A stretch of DNA of 64,000 nt from Pseudomonadota bacterium. Lineage in GTDB: Bacteria; UBA10199; 2-02-FULL-44-16; JAAZCA01. The translations under genes and the position numbers were made by a program. Below the pieces are notes generated by a model. The model searched no databases. It was given only the letters and a program-made list of their open reading frames with translations, and was not told the origin of the DNA. The stretch covers positions 57,101 through 121,100 of the forward strand of contig JAZDOG010000089.1 in assembly GCA_043798915.1 (NCBI GenBank). The letters are read 5' to 3'. Positions 58,034 through 64,000 of this stretch are shown piece by piece; the first letter of the stretch is position 1; the number at the start of each line of letters is the position of its first letter.

Positions 58034-59248
58034 TCAGCGGCGCTTGCGCGGTGGCAACTCCTTCACCTTGAATTCAAAGAGGAGGCTCTTGTTCGCCAGC
58101 AGATAGAGCCTGTCGGCGACAACGAGAGGATCGCCGAAGCTTCCCTTGCCGACAAAGCGCTCGTAGATGATGTCCCCCGTGTCGCTGTCGATGAGATAGA
58201 CCTTGTCGACGGTCGAGGCCACGGCGATGAAGTGTTCTCCCGCCACCGGCGAAGATATCTCGGGCGTTTCGAGGTCCTGCTGCCAGAAGATGTCGCCTGT
58301 GGCCGGATCGACGGCAGACAAGACGCCGCCGCCGCTCGCATAGAGCCGGCCGTCCCGGAAGAGGATGTCGTTCACGCCTCCGGCATCCGCCGTCCAGAGG
58401 ACCTGGCCGGTCGCCGGATCGAGAGCCTTCATCTGTCCGTCAGCGGAGGAGACGAATATCCTTCCGCCCTCGATGAGGGGCTTCGTGTCGATGTCATATA
58501 TCTGGCTCTGCTTGTCGCCTATCTGCCTCGCCCACCGGACGCTTCCGTCCGATTCGCGATATGCGATAACTGTCCCGCCTGCGCTTCCGACTACGACCGA
58601 TCCATCGCCAGCCGCGGGAGACGACGCGCGGCGGACGGAAAAACCGGACCCCCTGTCGCTCTGCTCCGTGTGCCATATCTCGCCGCCGGACTGGCGGTCC
58701 AGGGCATAGAGCCTTCCGGACATATCGCAGACGTAAAGCCTCGCACCCTGCACGAGCGGGGTGGCCAGCACCTCCGAATCCAGGCGCACCCGCCAGCGCT
58801 CCTCGCCGTTCTCCTCGTTCAAGGCATAGACGAAGGCCTTGCTGTCGCCGAAGTAGACCGTGCCATCGGCGGCGGCGGCCTTTCCGTTAACCGGCCCCTC
58901 CGTCTTGAATTTCCACAGCCTCTTGATGCGGGCGGCGTCGAAGGCATAGAAGGCGCCTGCGTCGGCGCCGACGAAGATCCTCTCTCCGTCAATGAGCGGG
59001 GTTGAAAACTGGTATGGCTGCCTGTTCCAGAAGGAGGATTTCTGAAGCCTCGTCGTGTTCTCCCTCGAAACCTTGAAGCGCCTCTGCTGGGCGACCCTCT
59101 TTTTCATGACGCGCCTGTACTGCTCAGGGCGTTTGCTGGATTCCCAGCTCAGAAAATGCCGCTTGGGGCGCGTGCGTCCGGCTGAGGCGGGGAAAATGAA
59201 AGAGAGCCCGACCGCGGCAGCTGCGATGATGGAAAGAAGTCGTTTCAT
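58034..59248 (-). CDS. PQQ-like beta-propeller protein (BamB-like)
   Basis: Repeated YAL....G...W motifs; near yfgM-like gene and der; no clear lipobox. Confidence 0.8.
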   Translation of the reverse strand: MKRLLSIIAAAAVGLSFIFPASAGRTRPKRHFLSWESSKRPEQYRRVMKKRVAQQRRFKVSRENTTRLQKSSFWNRQPYQFSTPLIDGERIFVGADAGAFYAFDAARIKRLWKFKTEGPVNGKAAAADGTVYFGDSKAFVYALNEENGEERWRVRLDSEVLATPLVQGARLYVCDMSGRLYALDRQSGGEIWHTEQSDRGSGFSVRRASSPAAGDGSVVVGSAGGTVIAYRESDGSVRWARQIGDKQSQIYDIDTKPLIEGGRIFVSSADGQMKALDPATGQVLWTADAGGVNDILFRDGRLYASGGGVLSAVDPATGDIFWQQDLETPEISSPVAGEHFIAVASTVDKVYLIDSDTGDIIYERFVGKGSFGDPLVVADRLYLLANKSLLFEFKVKELPPRKRR

Positions 59249-59934
59249 CCCTGCACCTTGTGACTCGCGATCAGCCATATGAGACGCTCCTCGCTCAAGT
59301 CGCGCACGGCGCGGTCCTCTTCTTTAGCGTCGGCGATGACCTGGCGGTAGAGCTGCACCGCGCGGGCGGCATCCCCCGAACGCTCGAGACAGGCGGCCGC
59401 GCGATAGCGGCTTTCGAGGGCAATGAGGTTGTGCGGATCAGCGGCCGCCTTGAGATAGCTCTCGGCAGCAGCCGTCCAATCGCCCTTGGCCAGTTCCGTC
59501 GCCGCAATCATGTGCTGCGCCGCGACGTTCAAAACAGCCTTGCTGCGGGAGCGGGCCGCCAGCATGCGAAACTCCCCCATCGCCTTGTCGTAATTCTTGC
59601 TGTCGAGATAGATTCCACCCAGCTGCATCATCGCCTGCTGGCCAGCTGGCGCGCGCGAATAACCTTCCGCCACCTCCCCCAGCGCCTTCATCTGTTCGTC
59701 GGAGCCCGCCTTGAGAAGCGAGGCCGAATAGAGCATCTCCGCTGCCTTCTCCGACCGGTGCGTCCAATAGGTGTTGGCGCCGACCATCACGGCCAGCGCC
59801 ACCGCTGCGACGGCCAGGAGTTCGATGGACGTCCGCCAGTTCTCCTTGATCCAGATGAGGACGTTGATCGTCCAGTCCTTGAACTCGTCGTGAGGCTTCT
59901 GTTTGCCGCGCGGGAGGCGTTTGTATGTGGCCAT
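59245..59934 (-). CDS. YfgM-like membrane-anchored TPR protein
   Basis: WIKEN.. then TM helix and TPR helices; precedes the BamB-like gene. Confidence 0.7.
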   Translation of the reverse strand: MATYKRLPRGKQKPHDEFKDWTINVLIWIKENWRTSIELLAVAAVALAVMVGANTYWTHRSEKAAEMLYSASLLKAGSDEQMKALGEVAEGYSRAPAGQQAMMQLGGIYLDSKNYDKAMGEFRMLAARSRSKAVLNVAAQHMIAATELAKGDWTAAAESYLKAAADPHNLIALESRYRAAACLERSGDAARAVQLYRQVIADAKEEDRAVRDLSEERLIWLIASHKVQG

Positions 59935-60003
59935 GGAACAGTCCCCTATATAGAATGGAGTTTTATCCTAAGAAAAGCTGCAAAAGGCAAGGGGGAATCG
60001 GCA

Positions 60004-60810
60004 TCAATTTTCACGGTGGAAGGACATCCGCTCCTGGAGCCGGGCCACGAGTTCCGCGGACAGGAGCATCACGACCGAGAGATAATATATCCACACCACG
60101 AGAAGCACCACCGCGGCGAGCGAGCCATAGATGAGGTTATAGCGCTGTATCGCGAAGATCATGTACCACCTGAAGATGAACTTCGCGACGCCGAGCCCAA
60201 TGGCGAATACGACGCCGCCAACCATGGCATAGCGTATGTAGATCTTTTGGTTCGGCACGACGACGACGGTCATTAGATACGCCATGAAGGCGATCAGGGC
60301 GAAGAAGGCCTTGCCCGTCATCAGGTCGAAGAGAGGAAAGCCGAAACCGTAGCGCGCGAATAACCCTTGGAGTATCTGCGCCATCGTGGGGAGCGAGAAG
60401 AGAAGGGTCACCCAGAAGATGAGCGCGATGCCCAAGAGCCGCGAATGGAAGAAGTTTCTCCTCTTCACGCTGTTGAAGATGATGTCAAGCGAGCGCTCGA
60501 TCGAACTCACGAGGATGGTCGCGATGAATACGAGGAAAACGACGCCGACGATCCCCAGCGACGAGCGCTGCTCGAGGATCGACTGCAGGTTGGCGATGAA
60601 AACCTCCCGGCCTACGGGCAGGATGTTCGTGGCGATGGCGACGATCTTGCGGAACGCCTCATCCGACCCGCCCAGGAAATAGCCGGTGATAGAGACCATC
60701 ATCATGCCGATCGGTATGATGGCCAGGAGCGCGCAGAAGGATATGTTGGCTGCGAGGTTCAAGCAGTCGTCGCGAAAAAATGATTTGAACAAGGAGTTGA
60801 AGAATTTCAT
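60004..60810 (-). CDS. YihY/virulence factor BrkB family membrane protein
   Basis: LAANISFCALLAIIP, YNLIYGSLAAVVLLVVWIY. Confidence 0.88.
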   Translation of the reverse strand: MKFFNSLFKSFFRDDCLNLAANISFCALLAIIPIGMMMVSITGYFLGGSDEAFRKIVAIATNILPVGREVFIANLQSILEQRSSLGIVGVVFLVFIATILVSSIERSLDIIFNSVKRRNFFHSRLLGIALIFWVTLLFSLPTMAQILQGLFARYGFGFPLFDLMTGKAFFALIAFMAYLMTVVVVPNQKIYIRYAMVGGVVFAIGLGVAKFIFRWYMIFAIQRYNLIYGSLAAVVLLVVWIYYLSVVMLLSAELVARLQERMSFHREN

Positions 60811-60817
60811 CTGAAAT

Positions 60818-60892
60818 TGTCATTGCGAGGAGCGTAGCGACGAAGCAATCCCACATTCTCCTTGGGATTGCTTCGCTTCGCTCGCAATGACA
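60818..60892. repeat. TGTCATTGCGAG-type palindromic element
   Basis: TGTCATTGCGAG..GCGACGAAGCAATCCC-loop-GGGATTGCTTCG..CTCGCAATGACA. Confidence 0.8.
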
Positions 60893-60928
60893 CTCGCGAA
60901 AAACCAACTTAATAGTGAGCTAGTAGCA

Positions 60929-62254
60929 CTATTTCTTCCGGCACACAACACGAACCGGCACCCCCTCCATCCCCAGCTCATCCTGCAGCCGCCGGATGAG
61001 ATAGCGCCGGTATGTGTAGGGCACCGCCGCCGGCAAATTCGAAAAAAGCGCGAACGTCGGCGGATGCGTCGCAACCTGCGTGGCGTAGTATATGCGCACC
61101 TGCTTCCCGCGATGGACCGGCATGTGGTGTTCCGCAAGCGCCTTCTCGAGCACCCGGTTCAAGACCGAAGTGGCGATCTTGGTGCCCATGCATTTTTCAA
61201 GCTGGTCGATGCCCTTGAATATCCGGAGGCAATTCTGCCCCGTCGAGGCCGATATCGGGAAGGCGGGTATGTCGTGGAGCTCGCCCATCCCCTTCCGGAG
61301 CCTCTTCTCGTATTCTTCCCATTCGGGCTGCTCGTCGGAGGTCCGGCCTCGCCCGCTCATCAAGTCCCACTTGTTGACGAGGAGGATCAGACCCCTGCCC
61401 GCCTCACGCACGAAGCCGGTGAGGTGGAGGTCCTGTTTGGTGAGCCCCTCGGAGCCGTCTATGAGCTGGAGGACGATCTTCGCGCGGTCGATGGTCCTCA
61501 AGCTCCGCATCGCGGTGAACTTCTCGAGCCTCTCGGCCACGCCCCAGCGGCGCTTTATCCCCGCGGTGTCGATGAAGATATATTTTTTTCCCTCGAAATC
61601 GATCTCCACGTTGATGGCATCGCGCGTCGCCCCAGGCATCTCGTTCGCAACGACGCGCTCCTCGCCAACCAGGCGGTTGATGAGCGTCGACTTGCCGACG
61701 TTCGGCCGGCCCACCACCGCGACGAATATCCCCTGTTCGTCTTCAACCCCGGCACTCTCCGGCGGGAAGCGGCGGATGACCTCATCGAGCAGATCGTCGA
61801 CGCCGCGGCCGTGCTCAGCCGAAACCGCAACGACGGGCGTAGCGCCGAGCTCGTGATAGGAATGGACGAGCCCCTCGTGCGAGGCCTCGTCGATCTTGTT
61901 GATGGCGTATATCACCGGCTTGGAGATGCGGCGCAGCGCAGCCACCACCTCCCGGTCATCCGCGGTGGGATCGTTCTGGCCGTCGAAGAGGCAGACGACG
62001 ACGTCGGCCTCCTCTATCGCCTTCAAGCTCTGCTTGCTGATCTCGCGCTCCAAGTCCGCCGCGGGGTCGAGGTCCAGGCCTCCAGTGTCCACAGCGACGA
62101 ACTCGCGGCCGGCCCACTCAGCCTCGGCGTAGTGCCGGTCGCGCGTGACGCCCGGAACATCGGCGACGATCGCGCGCCTCTGCCCGACTATGCGGTTGAA
62201 GAGGCGCGATTTGCCGACGTTCGGCCGGCCCACTATGGCGAGGATCGGATGCAT
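60929..62254 (-). CDS. der: Ribosome biogenesis GTPase Der
   Basis: Two GRPNVGKS G-domains, DTGG/DTAG, C-terminal KH-like domain. Confidence 0.97.
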   Translation of the reverse strand: MHPILAIVGRPNVGKSRLFNRIVGQRRAIVADVPGVTRDRHYAEAEWAGREFVAVDTGGLDLDPAADLEREISKQSLKAIEEADVVVCLFDGQNDPTADDREVVAALRRISKPVIYAINKIDEASHEGLVHSYHELGATPVVAVSAEHGRGVDDLLDEVIRRFPPESAGVEDEQGIFVAVVGRPNVGKSTLINRLVGEERVVANEMPGATRDAINVEIDFEGKKYIFIDTAGIKRRWGVAERLEKFTAMRSLRTIDRAKIVLQLIDGSEGLTKQDLHLTGFVREAGRGLILLVNKWDLMSGRGRTSDEQPEWEEYEKRLRKGMGELHDIPAFPISASTGQNCLRIFKGIDQLEKCMGTKIATSVLNRVLEKALAEHHMPVHRGKQVRIYYATQVATHPPTFALFSNLPAAVPYTYRRYLIRRLQDELGMEGVPVRVVCRKK

Positions 62255-62297
62255 TGGAGGGGGGTTCTATCACATGGTCGGCAGAATTCAACCCGTT

Positions 62298-63398
62298 TCA
62301 GAACGCCAGTTCTCCTTCCAGCACGGCGATGACCTTTACGCCTGAGAGGAACTGGTCGAAGAGCTCGTTGCCGGAGGGGTTCTGCGGAAGCGTGGTCTCC
62401 AGGTGCAGGGTGATCGCGCCCTGGGAAAGCGGCTTGATCGTCTGTATCTCGAGATCCGGCACATTGAAGTCGACGAGCGCAGACATCCCCTGCTTCACCT
62501 GATCGACCGTGAGTTCACCGAGCGCCACGCGGATGCGGAAGGTGACGCTCTTGAGCGAAAGCCTCGAGCCGTCGAACGTGCCGGCCGCTTCAGTTCCAGT
62601 CGCGCCGCTGATCACGAGCGTGGCGGTGGTGCCCGAGGGGAGTTTCGGAATCTCCGTGCTGCGGAGGTAGTAAATGACAAACGGGAAATCGTCCATCCTC
62701 ATCGAGGCCGAGCCGCCGCTGAAGCTCATGCGGATGGGCCCGGTCATCTCGAGCGGCTTGGGGCCACCGGGCGCCAGCTGCGGGATATCGAGCGCAAATT
62801 TGCCGGTGTAACACGCCGTGCCGCTGCCGGGCGTGCACGTGGCGTTTGCGCCTCCGGCCTGCACCTCGCCGCCCGGCCCCGCCTTCGCCTCGCCCACCAG
62901 CTGAACATAATAGATGCCGTCCTTCGGATGGTCGTAGACCGCCTCGATGAGCGAGCGATGAATGACCGGCTCCGGCGCATCGTGCCCGACGTCGGCCGGG
63001 TTCTTCGGTATCCAGCGCTTAGGCTCGCCCGTGATCCAGCCGCCGTATGAGGCCTGCGACGTCTCGAGATTGAGCGGCGCGTAGGTCACCTGCACACTGA
63101 GCGCGCTGCCGGGCGGAATGACGATGTCGGTGGCCGGGACCTCCCTGCCGCTGACCGTGAGCTTGTCGATCCGGAAATTGCCGGCCGCGTTGCTGCCGCT
63201 GTCGAATGCGATGGCGCCGATGTGCTGCTCGTTGTCGTCCGAGGCGTTGCCGAGCACAAACGTCTTCGTCGCGCTGGCGGTGACGGCCGTCGTGTCGAAC
63301 GACTCCGTCTGCCAGCCCGTGAACGACGAGCCGCTGCCGGAGCACGAGGCGACCAGAAGTGCGGACGTGGCCAAGGCTATATGAAGGAGACGCTTCAT
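62298..63398 (-). CDS. Hypothetical lipoprotein
   Basis: Lipobox LVASC; beta-rich, Ig-like first domain. Confidence 0.75.
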   Translation of the reverse strand: MKRLLHIALATSALLVASCSGSGSSFTGWQTESFDTTAVTASATKTFVLGNASDDNEQHIGAIAFDSGSNAAGNFRIDKLTVSGREVPATDIVIPPGSALSVQVTYAPLNLETSQASYGGWITGEPKRWIPKNPADVGHDAPEPVIHRSLIEAVYDHPKDGIYYVQLVGEAKAGPGGEVQAGGANATCTPGSGTACYTGKFALDIPQLAPGGPKPLEMTGPIRMSFSGGSASMRMDDFPFVIYYLRSTEIPKLPSGTTATLVISGATGTEAAGTFDGSRLSLKSVTFRIRVALGELTVDQVKQGMSALVDFNVPDLEIQTIKPLSQGAITLHLETTLPQNPSGNELFDQFLSGVKVIAVLEGELAF

Positions 63399-63480
63399 CT
63401 TTGGAAACCTCTGATATTGCGCCGTCGAAGTCTATACGCGCGGCGCCGTCGCGGCGCGGCAAATGCCGCCTGACATCTCC

Positions 63481-63507
63481 TTATCGGCGCCCTCGCCAAA
63501 AAGTTGC
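63481..63507 (-). promoter_or_regulatory. GCAAC-N14-GCCGATAA promoter-like motif
   Basis: Minus strand GCAAC tttttggcgagggc GCCGATAA; shares AGGACGCAAC with the 9965 copy. Confidence 0.6.
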
Positions 63508-63580
63508 GTCCTAAAGTTGAAAATATGGCGCGAAGTATATCTTGTTGATATATAAGGATTTTATGGCTAAAAAACAGGCA

Positions 63581-64000
63581 TCATCTGTGCGATTTTGCGA
63601 ATTCCTCGAAGGCTTCGAGGCTTGTCCTGGCAGGAGTGAACAGCTCGCGGCGCATCCTGGCGGCATCCATGACCCACGGGTATCGGATGAAATCCAGCTG
63701 CGCCGGCGGCGACGTCACAAGATGCAGTTTCCACAGGAGCGCGACGGCCGGATAGATGATCCAGCCCGGCACCGCTATCGTGCGCTTTCCGAAGCAGCGC
63801 ACGAGTTCGGTGAACGGCGCGGTCCCTTGGGCGGCGACGTTGTAGATGCCGCGCGCGGGCTTCTCTATCGCCGCCGCGAGGCACTCTGCCATGTCGTCTT
63901 CGTGGATGAACTGAAAGAGCGGATCGCGCACTCCCTTGCCGTCCACGATCTGCGGCACGATGGGGTAGCCAAGCACGTCGAAGAAATTATTGCGCGTGTT
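63581..64000 (-). CDS. NAD-dependent epimerase/dehydratase family protein, C-terminal part (5' end outside window)
   Basis: FQFIHEDDMAE..GIYNVA pattern; frame open to the window end. Confidence 0.7.
   Translation of the reverse strand, partial: NTRNNFFDVLGYPIVPQIVDGKGVRDPLFQFIHEDDMAECLAAAIEKPARGIYNVAAQGTAPFTELVRCFGKRTIAVPGWIIYPAVALLWKLHLVTSPPAQLDFIRYPWVMDAARMRRELFTPARTSLEAFEEFAKSHR

Overview
GC-rich bacterial chromosomal segment with delta-proteobacterial-type gene content (exact lineage not determinable here). From left to right it holds: a PAS histidine kinase followed by three tandem sigma-54 activators; a ~1,525-aa orphan with an AgmX/PglI-like C-terminus; the zapA-6S RNA-ygfA-rny-ymdB operon; rnr; a transglutaminase-like/TPR orphan; an 11-gene redox cluster; a fourth sigma-54 activator; DUF4912/GH57; an AlbA_2 protein next to a dif-like site; clpB; two toxin-antitoxin pairs; peptidoglycan turnover genes; dnaE; a degenerate PilT/PilU; guaAB; envelope genes; and der. 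The most striking system is the redox cluster. Its hdrA is split inside the internal ferredoxin domain, and a HydC/HydB/HydA-N-like (NuoEFG-like) NAD module is inserted at the break. The HydA-N-like part is fused to the HdrA C-half, and the whole is flanked by hdrCB and a group-3c-type mvhDGA [NiFe]-hydrogenase, suggesting a complex with two electron-bifurcation sites. Non-coding signals include a recurrent GCAAC-N14/15-GCCGATAA promoter-like motif (3 copies), three consensus sigma-54 promoters, a G13 tract at a ribosome-binding site, a XerCD dif-like site, and three families of palindromic REP/MITE-like elements. No CRISPR array, rRNA or tRNA was seen.
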